The position numbers were made by a program, and so were the translations under genes. Under the pieces are notes generated by a model, which searched no databases, had not been told where the DNA came from, and saw nothing but the letters and a program-made list of their open reading frames with translations. A stretch of 64,000 nt of DNA from Dendrobates tinctorius (Eukaryota): the NCBI RefSeq assembly GCF_039654945.1, contig NW_027361679.1, forward strand, positions 36,766,001 to 36,830,000, read 5' to 3'. Numbering within the stretch: the first letter of the stretch is position 1; each line of letters opens with the position of its first letter. Shown one piece after another: positions 11,890 through 23,564 of the stretch.

Positions 11890-14140
11890 TTTCCACTGTT
11901 TAGGCACATCAGGGGGTCTCCAAACGCGACATGGTGCAACCATTGATTCCAGCCAATTTTGCGTTCAAAAAGTCAAACGGTGCTCCCTCCCTTCCAAGCC
12001 CTGACGTGTGCCCAAACAGTGGTTTACCCCAACATATGGGGTATCAGCGTACTCAGGAAAAATTGCACAACAACTTTGGTGGTCTGATTTCTCCTGTTAC
12101 CCTTGGGAAAATAAAAAAAATTGGGGGCTAAAAAATTTTTTTTTTGTGGAAAAAAAATGATTTTTTTATTTTCACGTCTCTGCGTTATAAACTTCTGTGA
12201 AGCACTTGGGGGTTCAAAGTGCTCACCAAACATCTAGATAAGTTCCTTGGAAGGTCTAGTTTCCAAAATCGGGTCACTTGTGGGGGGTTTCTACTGTTTA
12301 GGCACATCAGGGGCTCTGCAAACGTAACGATGACCGCAGACCTTTCCATCAAAGTCTGCATTTCAAAACGTCACTACTTCCATTCTGAGCCCTTACGTGC
12401 GCCCAAACAATGGTTGCCCCCTACATATGGGGTATGAGCGTACTCAGGACAAACTGGACAACAACTTTTGGGGCCCAATTTCTCCTGTTACCCTTGTGAA
12501 AATAAAAATGTGTGAGCTAAAAAATAATTTTTTGAGGAAAAAAATTATTTTTTATTTTCACAGCTTTGCGTTATAAACTTCTGTGAAGCACTTGGGGGTT
12601 CAAAGTGCTCACCACACATCTAGATAAGTTCCTTGGGGGGGGGGGGACTAGTTCCAAAATGGGGTCACTTGTGGGGGGTTCCACAGTTTAGGCACACCAG
12701 GGGCTCTGCAAATGTAACATGACGCCCGCAGACCGTTCCATCAAAGTCAGCATTTCATAATGTCACTACTTCCCTTCCGAGCCCCGACGTGTGCCCAAAC
12801 AGTGGTTGCCCCCTACATATGGGGTATGAGCGTACACAGGACAAACTGGACAACAACTTTTGGGGTCCAGTTTCTCCTGGTACCCTTGTTAAAATAGAAA
12901 ACTGCGCACTAAAAAATAATTTTTTGAGGAAAAAAAATATATTTTTTATTTTCACGGCACTGCGTTATAAACTTTTGTGAAGCACTTGGGGGTTCAAAGT
13001 GCTCACTATGCATCTAGATAAGTTCCTTAGGGGTCTAGTTTCCAAAATGGGGTCATTTGTGGGGGTGCTCCAATGTTTAGGCATACAGGGGCTCTCCAAA
13101 CACGACATGGTGTCCGCTAACGATTAGAGGTAATTTTCATTTCAAAAAGTCAAATGGCTCTCCTTCCCTTCTGGGCCCTTCCGTGCACCCAAACAGTGGT
13201 TCCCCCCCACATATGGGGTATCGGTGTACTCAGGACAAACTGGACAACAACTTTTGTGGTCCAATTTCTCCTGTTACCCTTGTGAAAATAAAAAATATCG
13301 TGCTAAAAAATCATTTTTGAGGAAAAAAAATGATTTTTTATTTTCACTGCTCTGCGTTATAAACTTCTGTGAAGCACCTGGGGGTTCAAAGTGCTCACTA
13401 CACATCTAGATAAGTTCTATAAGGGTCTAGTTTCCATAATCGTGTCACTTGTGGGGGTTTTCACTGTTTAGGCACACAGGGGCTCTCCAAACGCGACATG
13501 GTGTCCGATAACGATTGGAGCTAATTTTCCATTCAAAAAGTCAAATAGCGCTCCTTCCCTTCCGGACCCTGCCGTGCGCCCAAACAGTGGTTTATGACCA
13601 CATATGAGGTATCTGTGCACTCAGGAGAAATTGCCCAACAAATTTTAGCATCAATTTTATCCTGTTGCCCATGTGAAAATGAAAAAACTGAGGCTAAAAG
13701 AAAATTTTTGTGAAAAGCAAGTACTTTTTTTTTATCGTTCAATTTGTGAAGCACCTGGGGGTTCAAAGTGATCACTATGCATGTAGTTCCTTGGGGGGTC
13801 TAGTTTTCAAAATGGGGTCACTTGTGGGGGGGGCTCCAATGTTTAGGCGCACAGGGGCTCTCCAAACGCGACATGGCAACCGCAAAATATTCCAGCATGT
13901 TTTCCATTCAAAAAGTCAAATGGCGCTCCTTCCCTTCTGAGCCCTGCCATGCACCCAAACAGTGGTTTAAGACCACATATGAGGTATCGGTGTACTCAGG
14001 AGAACTTGCCCAACAAATTTTAGAATCCATTTTATCCTGTTGCCCATGCGAAAATGAAAAAATTGATGCTAAAAGAAAATTTTTGTTGGAAAAATTAAAA
14101 TGTCCATTTTTTCTTTCCACGTTGCTTTTGTTCCTGTGAA
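11890..14140. repeat. Tandem array of ~390-bp units (about 5.5 copies)
   Basis: The motif gtttaggcac..aggggc recurs near 11898, 12296, 12687, 13075, 13466 and 13841. Confidence 0.9.
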
Positions 14141-15879
14141 ACACCTGAAGGGTTAATAATCTTCTTGAATGTAGTTTTGAGTAGCTTGATGGGTGCAGTT
14201 TTTAGAATGTTGTCACTTTTGGGTATTTTCGCCATATAGACCCCTCTAAGTGACTTCAAATGTGAGGTGGTCCCTAAAAAAATGGTTTCGTAAATTTTGT
14301 TGTAAAAATGAGAAATCACTGGTCAACTTTTAACTCCTATAACTTCCTAACAAAAAAAAAAAATTGTTTCCAAAATTGTGCTGATGTAAAGTAGACATGT
14401 GGGAAATGTTATTTAGTAACCACTTTGTGTCACATAACTCTCTGGTTTAACAGAATAAAAATTCAAAATTTGAAAATTGCAAAATTATCTAAATTTTTGC
14501 CAAATTTCTGATTTTTTTCACAAATAAACTCAAAAATTATCGACCTAAATTTACCACTAACATGAAGTCCAATATGTCACGAAAAAACAATCTCAGAATC
14601 GCTAGGATCCGTTGAAGCGTTCCTGAGTTATTACCTCATAAAGGGACACTGGTCAGAATTGCAAAAAATGGCCTGGTCATTAAGGTCAAAATAGGCTTGG
14701 TCATGAAGGGGTTAAAAGGTGTGAAAACACTTTAAGCATGCATAAAAGGACTTTCTTTTCTGGTACATCTTTGTTAAGACACGGATCTCCAAAAAAACTC
14801 TGGTATACGGCTTGTGGATTAACCACCACCCCAACTGCCCCCCAAAAATGCAATATGATCAAATATAATGACCACAGTTCACCACAACAGGAATTCAACA
14901 TGTTGGTTTTTTTAGGCTTTACAGTAAAATGCTAGCGACATAATGTCAGACAAGCAACTAATGGGTTACATGCTAAAATTCGATTTTTGCATGGAGATAA
15001 GCCATTTGATCCTGACGTATATCACTTACCTTACAGACCTATAGGCTTTTTCTTTGCTGCTTAACGCAATTCAAGAATACATTGCTGCGTGAAACAAGAT
15101 AGCAGCCAAGAATTGCATGGACGCAAGTGTGAAGAACCACTCTATCCATGAAATGACCAGCAGAGTGAGTGGCATCTATAGCAGTAGAGATGACTAGGCC
15201 GTTCACAACACCAAATCACCATTGGCATCATGATCCAGTCAAAGTCCAAAAAATAAAGCTGCCTAAGGACAGATAAATTTTGGCCATGTTAATTTGTTCA
15301 AACCAATTTCAAACAAGCAGTCTATGGAAAATGACCATTTGCTGGGCTGGATTTTTTTGGGGGGATGATAATTGACCACAACTTGTGGCTTAACATACTA
15401 GTCAGCCTATAAAATATTGTAAATCTGATTACCTTCAAGAGCTGTTTGTGGTAATGTCCGCAAAAAAAAAAAAAAAAAAAAAGGAAGAACCTATAGTTTT
15501 ATCTCCATCTTTCAACCAGTAGAGCTTGTGACTAAAACAGGGATTAGACCTATCGGTAATATTGTTTCCAGGAGTCCATCCTGACAGCACCATGGAGGTT
15601 GTCTTTTCATCCTCATAGGGACAGGAAATGCACGAGAGGTTAAAAGGTCCCCTCCCACTCCCATACTCCAGTGATTTTTCAAGTACCACAACAGGATGGA
15701 TGCAACCTTATTTATTGAGATTTTGTACAAGCATATTATTACAAATACAAATCTTAGGGAGGGAACTACCAGTGCTGTCAGGATGGACTCCTGGAAACAA
15801 TATTACCGGTAGGTCTAATCCCAGTTTTCCAGGATGTCCCTCCTGACAGCACCATGAAGAAAACCAAAGTAGGAATTCA

Positions 15880-16750
15880 CTAGGGTGCGATTGCTGCCTG
15901 CAGCACCTTACGACCGAAGGTCATCTGGCTAGTTGCTAATGTATCCAATTTATAGTGTCTACAGAAAGTGCTTAGCGTAGACCAGGTGGCGGCTCTGCAT
16001 ATTTGTTCTACTGAGGCCCCAGCCTTCTCAGCTCATGGTATTGCTTATTGCCCTGGTGGAAAGGGCTCCGAGTCCTTCAGGTATAGTTAATTTTTCAACT
16101 TGGTATGCCGAGGAGATGGTTGAAGTTATCTATCTCGCTAAGGAATGCCTAGATGCTTTTTTAGCCCCATATTGGACAAATAAGTTCGTATCTTGTCGCC
16201 ACTCCCGAGTGGTTTCTATATAGCGGATGACCGCACGTTTGACATCCAACGAGTGAAAGAATTTTTCTTTATCATTTTTTGAGTACTGGAAAAATGAGGG
16301 CAGGACTATTTCCTGGTTTAAGTTCTGGGAGGATACTACTTTAGGAAGAAATCCCGGATTAAGTCTTAGGATTATATGGTCATCGATGATTTGAATATAG
16401 GGGTTCTGTACCGACAGGGCCTGAATTTTACCCAGCCTTTTAGCCAATGTGATGACCACCAAAAAGACAGCTTTCAGTGTGAGTTTTGTCATGTCTATTT
16501 CTGCTTTTGGCTAGTATGAGGGTTTACATAGAGCATTAAAGACCAGATTTAAGTCCCACGGGGGGGACTGCTCTTCTTATTGTGGGCCTTAATAGCTGGA
16601 TGGCCTTTGAAAAATACGCTATCCATAGATGAGAGGCCAAGGAGGAATCAAAGATCGCACATGTAATGGTTTACGGCTGGCTTGGATCGTGGAGATCACC
16701 TGGTCGGAGAGACCTCTAGATCTTAGGATCTCCCTCTCAGGAACCATGCT
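15880..16750 (-). pseudogene. DIRS tyrosine recombinase (frameshifted)
   Basis: LTLKAVFLVVITLAKRLGKIQALS...FLPKVVS...HSLDVKRAV, then AGASVEQICRAATWST..TFCRHYKLD. Confidence 0.9.
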
Positions 16751-16911
16751 GACAGCTGTAGGTTCTCTGGATGTGGATGTAGAACTGGTCCCTGGGAAAG
16801 CAGATCTTCCATTGCTGGTAGATGGAGCGGCCCTTCCTGAGACACCTTCTCTAGAAGAGGGAACCAGCTTAGTCTTGGCCAGAATGGTACCACCAGCATC
16901 ACCCATGCTCC

Positions 16912-18860
16912 TTATTCCTGAATCTTCCTGAGGACTCTTGATATTATAGCAATGGGGGGGGGGGGGAAGCATATAGCAAAATTCCCTTCCCATCTCTGGT
17001 CCAATGCATCGATCCCTTCCGGGTGGTCCCTTCCGGATTGAGGGAGTAGAACCTCTGTAGTTTGGTATTTTTTTGATGGAAGAGGTCCAGCTGGGGAGGT
17101 GCCCCACTGATAACACAAGTCTATGAATGTTTCTACCTTCAGCTCCCACTCGGTGGCTCGGACCACCTGTCTGCTCAATCGGCTACTGTGTTCTTGGAGC
17201 CCTCTAGATGTACCACTGATCTAGAGAGATCGTTGTTCTCTGCCCAGGAGAAGATGCGGGTGGCCAGGTCTTGAAGAGTCCCGTGTCTTGGGCCTCCCAG
17301 GTGGCGTAGAAATGAAACTGCGGTTATATTGTCCGACATGATTTTTAGGTCTTGATCTTGTAACGTGAGCTACTTCTTTTTAGTGTCTCCCACATGGAGC
17401 ATAATTCTCTGTAGTTTGAGGATTGTGAACTGATGTTTTCTGACCATGTTCCCTGAAGGTACCTTCCTTCCAAATGGGCCCCCCCATTCCTTCCCTGCTG
17501 GCGTCTGTGACAATAGTCACACATGGTGATAGGATTCATGGTACTCCTTGACTGATGTTCCTGTGACTGGTCCATCATCTCAGTGATGATTTCAGAGCCG
17601 GAGGAAGAATTTCTTTGTCCAGAGAGGTCTGCCGCCTGTCCCATTTTGAAAGGATCGCCTTCTGCAGTCCCCTCGTGTGGGCTTGCTCCACATTATGCAC
17701 GGTATGCATGCTGTCAATGTACCTAGGACCTTCATTGCGGTTCTTATGGAGACACAATTTCGCAGCAGCTGATAAATTTTGTTCCTGACAGATTTCTTCT
17801 CCTCCTCTGGTAATAGCGAGATTCTTTCCCTGGTCCCCGGCAGCAGGTCTGACTTCTCCCTGCTCAGGATCCAACTCAGATCTTGAAGCGTGGAGAACAC
17901 CAAGTCGAGCTGTCTTTTTAACTCGGAAGCTGAACGGGATATTAAGAGGAAATCGTCCAAGTATTGAACGATGATCACTCTTTTTTGTTTTCGATGTGCC
18001 ACGATCTCGGCGACCAGCTTCATAAAAACCCGAGGTGCTGAAGCTAGACCAAAAGGAAGAGCCTGGAACTTCAAATGGTAGCACGTATCTCTTATTTTTA
18101 GCGCAAATTGAATAAACTTTTGCGAGTGAGGGTGAATGGGAACATGACAGAACGCACTTTTTAGGTCTATCGTGCACATTACGGCATTTTGGTCTATCAG
18201 AGGAATAGTGGTCTTTAGGGACTCCATTCTGAATCTTTTGTACCAGATCCACTGATTTAGCGGTTTTAGATTTATAACAGTGCGACTCTTCCCTGAAGGT
18301 TTTTTTTTTACCATGAAAAGGGTTGAATAATGGCCCTGACCCATTTCTGTTTCAGGGACCGGGACCACCACGTCTGATCTTAACAGATGTTTTACATCTG
18401 CCCATATAGGATCTATGAGGGCTTTGGACCAGGGATTTGTGATCACTAGAGTTGAGCGACTTTGGTCGGATCGGGTTTCGTGAAACCCGAATGAAACAAA
18501 ATAAGTTTCAGATGAAACTCGTCCGACTAGAGCAAAACAAAGTCGGAATTTCGTCTGAAACCCGACCCCAATGCAAGTCAATGGGAAATAAAAGTCGGAC
18601 GAAACTCCGACTTTTTTTGCTCTAGTCGGACGAGTTTCATCTGAAACTTATTTTGTTTCATTCGGGTTTCACGAAACCCGATCCGACCAAAGTCGCTCAA
18701 CTCTAGTGATCACGAATCGTGCCCGGGGGGGGGGGTTGGTAAACTCGATGGTATAACCCTGGGATACTGTGTTTAGGATCCACTGACTGAGAGATGAGCC
18801 CCCACGCGTCTGAAAACTCTGAGGCGACCTCCACAGGTATGGCGTCATTGTCTCCTGCAA
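16912..18860 (-). pseudogene. DIRS pol: RT, RNase H and methyltransferase-like region (disrupted)
   Basis: INLKPLN, IDLKSAFCHVPI, LPFGLASAPRVF, YLDDFL; GTWS...SSNYREL; EWEL...IDALDQRW. Interrupted by the hAT MITE at 18447-18705. Confidence 0.9.
18447..18705. mobile_element. hAT-type palindromic MITE
   Basis: 8-bp TSD GTGATCAC on both sides; TIRs tagagttgagcga / tcgctcaactcta; nearly a full-length hairpin. Confidence 0.9.
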
Positions 18861-19489
18861 CTTGGTCCGGAGATAGAGGGGCTCTACTCTTCCTCCCTTT
18901 TGGGTTTTCCCAGTGACCAGATTTCCCTTTTCCCCCTATATTCCTGCCTCTGGAAAGGGCAAGATCTCTGAAAGGGATAATATGTTTTTGTTTTTGACTC
19001 CGGAAACCCTTTTTTAGTGTCAGTGGCATTCTCCAGAATCTTGTCTAAGACTGGTTCAAACACCTTCAAACCTGAGAAGGGTATGGCACATAATTTATTT
19101 TTTGACTGGTAGTCACCCGACCAGGTCTTCATCCATATGGCTCTACGAGCTGCATTGGACAAAGTATTATTTCTGACTGCAAACCGTACTGATTCAGCAG
19201 AAGCGTCTGCTAAAAAAACGGTTGCAAGTTTCAATAGGGGAAGACCTTCCAAGATTTCCCCCCTGGGGCTTTCCCCCATAATTGATGTTCTAGTTGGTCG
19301 ATCCACAGGTGCATTGATCTAGCAACCGGTGTGGCAGCTATATTTGTCTTCATAACCGCTGAAGAAGCCTCCCAAGCCCTTTTTAAGAGTCCATCAGCCT
19401 TTCTGTCCATGGGCTCCTTGAGGTTAGAAAAATCTTCAAAGGGAATTGAAGTCTTCCTCGATACTCTGTCCACTGGGACATCAATCTTA

Positions 19490-19896
19490 AGGGCCTGTCA
19501 CACTAAGCCATATTGCTAGCAATATCGCTATAACGTCACTGGTTTTGTGACGTTATAGCGATATTGCTAGCGATATCGCTATGTCTGATACTTACCTCTG
19601 ACCGGCTCCCCCGCTGATTATCGCTGATCGCGCGAGAACGTCCTGGGCCGTTTCTCGTCGTCAGCTTCCTGCTGGGCTTCCTGTTGCGCCGACGAGCGTC
19701 GCGTGGACACGGGCGGGAGGACGTCAGGATCGCCTCGTCTGACAGGTAAGTAGCGACCCCCGACCGCTGCTATGTCGCTGGTAAGATCTGCCTGTGTGGC
19801 AGCTCACTAGCGACCACTTAGCGATGCACCAGCGATCCTGACCGTGTCATATCGCTGGTCAGGATCGCTGGTGCATCGCTAAGTGTGAGAGTACCT
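19490..19896. mobile_element. Harbinger-type MITE inserted in DIRS gag
   Basis: TTA TSD. Removing it restores the reading frame DEVPK|ID. Same family as 6708-7071. Confidence 0.9.
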
Positions 19897-20774
19897 TTAG
19901 GAACTTCGTCCCAAGTGCTAATGTCCTCTGGATCAAACAGTAGCCAGAGTCTGAAATCTCGAGAGATGATTAGCCATTTCTCGTCATCTTTCCATTCCTC
20001 CAAAATCACTGAACGGATGTGATCGTTCACTGGAAAAACGTGACGAATCCGTGCTCTTAGGCCCCCAAACATTTCCTCATGGACTTACTGAGTTTTGGGG
20101 GTTTCCTCGATCTGCATTGTGCTTCTTACTGCACGTAGCAGCTTGTCCGTGTTCTCTGAGGAAAAGAGATACCTTTTTCCCACCTCAGGAGATTCCTAGG
20201 TGATCTCGCCCTCTTCCTCCAGGTCCGAGCTTAGTGATTGGACATCATCATCCAAGGATTGCTCAAGATCCCATCTTGGTCTCTTAATACGGGCCTGATG
20301 GGATGGAATGGGCAGGTAGGAGCTCCGAGATGGAGGCATGAACCTCCTCTCTGACCATGGTGCGCATCTAGGCAAAATGAGAGGCCTGTTCGAATCTGAT
20401 AACTTTAAGGGTGCATCCTTCGCATAGGTGTTTTGTCTATGACTCTGGTAGCCTGATGGAACAGATGGTGCACTTCTTGGATTTCCCCAAGGATTTGCCT
20501 GATATCTTAGACGCTGATGCCATTGAAGCTGGTGCCGCATCCCGCTAATGTAAAAGCACAGGTAAGTTTAATAAACTCCTGTCTTTCGCGTCCCATAGGT
20601 CGTGCCCCATAAACACATTTACAGACACTGGTGGCTCAGGGTGATCACTGGACCTCACTGTGTCCTCCATTGCTGGTATACAGTTGCCAGTATAGTGTAT
20701 TGGTAATGTAATGTGTGTAGGATTATACACAAGGGGTTGTGAATTCAAATCCCTGCAGCAGATCTTAATTTTCT

Positions 20775-20923
20775 GCCACGAGAAGTGGTGAGTTCTCCTT
20801 CAATGGAAGTCTTCAAACAGAGGCTGGATAGACTTCTGACTGGGATGATTTAGCGAATCCTGCTTTGAGCAGGGGGTTGGACCAGATGGCCCAGGAGGTC
20901 CCTTCCAACTCTACAATTCTATG
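20775..20923 (+). mobile_element. Short CR1 3'-end fragment inside the DIRS
   Basis: Reverse-complement match to about 9915-10060; ends in attctatga. Confidence 0.85.
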
Positions 20924-21484
20924 AAAACTCTGTCCGGGGAGTTAAGGAGGTTTATATGTATCCTACCTTCCCTTGACTGGGCTGTCTGATCCTCAATCTT
21001 CAGCGGCATGGCGGCTCCTGCCGCGTCTGACGTCACCGTAAGCGTCTTCGTTACTTCCGGTTCTAATGCGTTCCAGCCGGAAGTTGCCGTCCTGCGGCGG
21101 CCGGAAGCGGTGCGGCGGCGGGAGCCGAGATCCCCCACTGGGGGGGGGGAGAAGCGGCTCCAAGTCCCGGAGCTCCGCTCCACGGGACGCCTAGCAGAGG
21201 AACCCCTCTTGGAGGGGTGTCAGCCCCGGTCCTATTGACAGGGGGAAAGTCAGAGTTTGGACCCCCAATCCCCCTGAGCCCGCAAGGTAACGCTGGAAGT
21301 GCCGGAGCTTTTCTCTGACTTTCCATGGAGTCTCTCGTGCCCGTCCTTACAGGGCCAGGAAAAACACTGGAGTATGGGAATTGAAGGGAACCGTTTAACC
21401 TCTCGTGCATTTTCTGTCCCTATAAGGATGGAAGGACAACCTCCATGGTGCTGTCAGGAGGGACATCCTGGAAAATCAGCTTTA

Positions 21485-21915
21485 GGCTGCGTTCACGCGT
21501 TGCGTTTTTTTCGTGGAAAAAATACGCAGCATGCTCATTATTTTGCGGAATCGCGGCGATTCCGCCCACATAGGAATGCATTCTTCTGCTTACTTTCCAC
21601 ATGTGGCTGTGCCCACCATGCGAAAAGTAAGCAGAACATTTGCGGATGGTACCCATGGTCCGGAGGAGAGGAGACTGTCCTCCGGGCTCTGCGTACCATA
21701 TCCCTGTAAAAAATAGAATTAAAATTAAAAAAAAAATAAAAAATAATCGTGTTATATTCACCTTCCGATGTCCTGCGCAGCGTCACCAGGCTTCAACAGT
21801 TTTCCAAGTGATGCTACAGATCCGCGGGAATTTAAAATGCGGTTTTCCCACGGAATGGAATTCCGGAATTCAAGCGGTAACTTCCGCGGGAATTCCGCAA
21901 CATGTGCACTTAGCC
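21485..21915. mobile_element. Harbinger-type MITE
   Basis: TTA|ggctgcgttcac...gtgcacttagcc|TTA; shares internal sequence with 7596-8522. Confidence 0.75.
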
Positions 21916-21948
21916 TTATTGTTGGAAACTCGAGGTAGAGAGAATTAA

Positions 21949-22211
21949 AGTGGATCTGTCACCAGATTTCACAATACAATCTGCATAACTTATTAAATAG
22001 ATCTCTTACATCTGATCAGGCTGGTTTACCAACGATAAAAATACGCATCGTAATGGCAGCATAATACTGATTTTTTTTTTTTTTTATGAGCATTTTAATA
22101 TCTGGCAATAAAAATGTTTAAAAATCCAAGTCATAAAGTACATCAAGTCTGAGATTTATTTGTTATTTATATATGCAGTTTGTGTTGTGAAATCTGGAGA
22201 CAGATCCACCT
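21949..22211. mobile_element. Kolobok/T2-type MITE
   Basis: TTAA TSD; TIRs agtggatctgtcaccagattt / aaatctggagacagatccacct. Confidence 0.8.
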
Positions 22212-22215
22212 TTAA

Positions 22216-22535
22216 GGGTCCCGTTTCACATAGCGACACACCAGCGATCCCGACAATGATGCTACCTGGTAAGGATCGCTGGTGCGTTGCCACAGCAGCT
22301 ATTCTGAACAATTCCAGCCTGCGTCCCCGAGTTATGCGTCACCAATGAGGTCGCTCGTCGCATGCTGGCCAGCGGGACGCTGACGATGAAAAAATGGCCC
22401 AGGACACAATCAGCGATATTCAGCAGGAGGGCCGGTCGTCGACATGTGTCACATGTAGCGAGATCGCATGCGAGATCGCTGTTGCGTCACAAAATCAGTG
22501 ACGCATCAGTGATCTCGCTATGTGCGATGGGGCCT
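22216..22535. mobile_element. Harbinger-type MITE (ATCGCT family)
   Basis: TAA TSD; ends ...tttcacatagcga / tcgctatgtgcga... Confidence 0.75.
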
Positions 22536-23564
22536 TAAAGCACCACTTCAGAGTTGTTTTTATTTTACTGCTGGAGTGGGAGTCACTAATCCAAGTTCCC
22601 TGCCCCTAGTCTCATATTTACCAGCTGCTGTCTTCTTCTGTTATCAGCGTCGCTCTGGTCAATCTTCTGCAGGCTGGGACCTGTTGGATCACTTGCTGTG
22701 TGATCTTCAAGTCACCACTCAATGTAAGTCTATGAGAGCCAGAACAAGGCCCTCATAGACTTGCATTGAAAGCTTGTGCCTGTTAGCTCTGACTTCCGAT
22801 CAGTCAAAAATTGTGGTCACAAGATGGTGGCGCGGGACTGGAGAGGCACTGGGAAGAGCTGAAGATGGTGACTGTTACATATAATATTAGTGAACTTAGA
22901 TTAGTGGCACCACGCCAACGCTGATATAGAATACATATGTGCATTAAGAATTCTGTTGGTTTCATCCTGGGAGCGGAAAAACAGAATTCGATCTATAACA
23001 GATACCAAAATCTAAGTGCACTTTTAATAGAGTGATAGGTTTAATCATGCTTTCAATTAAGGTGTCAAAATAGAAGAAAAAAATAGAACCAAAGTCTCTT
23101 CATTGAGCACATCTATGTACACAGCCTAACTAAATTAACATATGTTACACCACTTGTGTAAGGTGTTTTTTATGGTGGCTTAAAGGGAATCTGTCAGCAG
23201 GGTTTTGTTATGTAATCCAAGAGGAGCATGGTGAATGGACGGAGAGCCTAATCGAGTGATGCGTTACTTACTGGGCTGCTTGGCAGGGCTGTGGAGTCGG
23301 TAAAGCCAAACCTGCGACTCAGACGCCTCAATTTCCCTTACACTGACTCCGACTCCCACTCCCACATATATTGCTTATATTTAAGTGAAAAATTTATTGT
23401 AGTACAATGTGAACATCAGACATTTAATCATTTCTATGATCCAATAATCACGATATTTAGATAGAACATAATATCTATTTATAGGAATACAACTTTAGAA
23501 GACAAAAAAAACTAAAATCAATTGTAAATATGTAATACACTATGTAATATCAATTACATATATA

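Larger units (their letters stand above)
11366..14711. mobile_element. Non-autonomous TTAA-type (piggyBac/Tx1D-like) element, one end lost
   Basis: Ends ...tcatgaagggg|TTAA at 14711. Homologous in reverse orientation to 47984-51104. Contains an internal tandem array. Confidence 0.8.
18790..21009 (-). pseudogene. DIRS gag-like ORF with a predicted spliced N-terminus and a CxxC...CxxC motif
   Basis: Predicted exons 20967-21009, 20623-20672 and 20544 downward. KKCTICSIRLPES*TKHLCEGC; WDEVPKIDVPVDRVSRKT; RRAIWMKTWSGD..SKNKLCAIPF. Confidence 0.75.
15534..21475 (-). mobile_element. DIRS1-type tyrosine-recombinase retrotransposon, full length but decayed
   Basis: Inverted terminal repeats at 15534-15681 and 21359-21475. 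Internal complementary region at 15770-15858 matches both ends. gag, RT, RNase H, methyltransferase-like and YR remnants occur in order. Confidence 0.95.

Noticed and set aside
11931-14319. Cluster of similar short ORFs as a tandem gene family
   Set aside because: They are translations of the non-coding ~390-bp repeat unit, with inconsistent frames and strands.
15023-15120. Strong minus-strand donor AG|GTAAGT as another RUFY3 coding exon
   Set aside because: The phase-1 frame has a stop just before the donor and upstream ATGs terminate early. A non-coding exon cannot be excluded.
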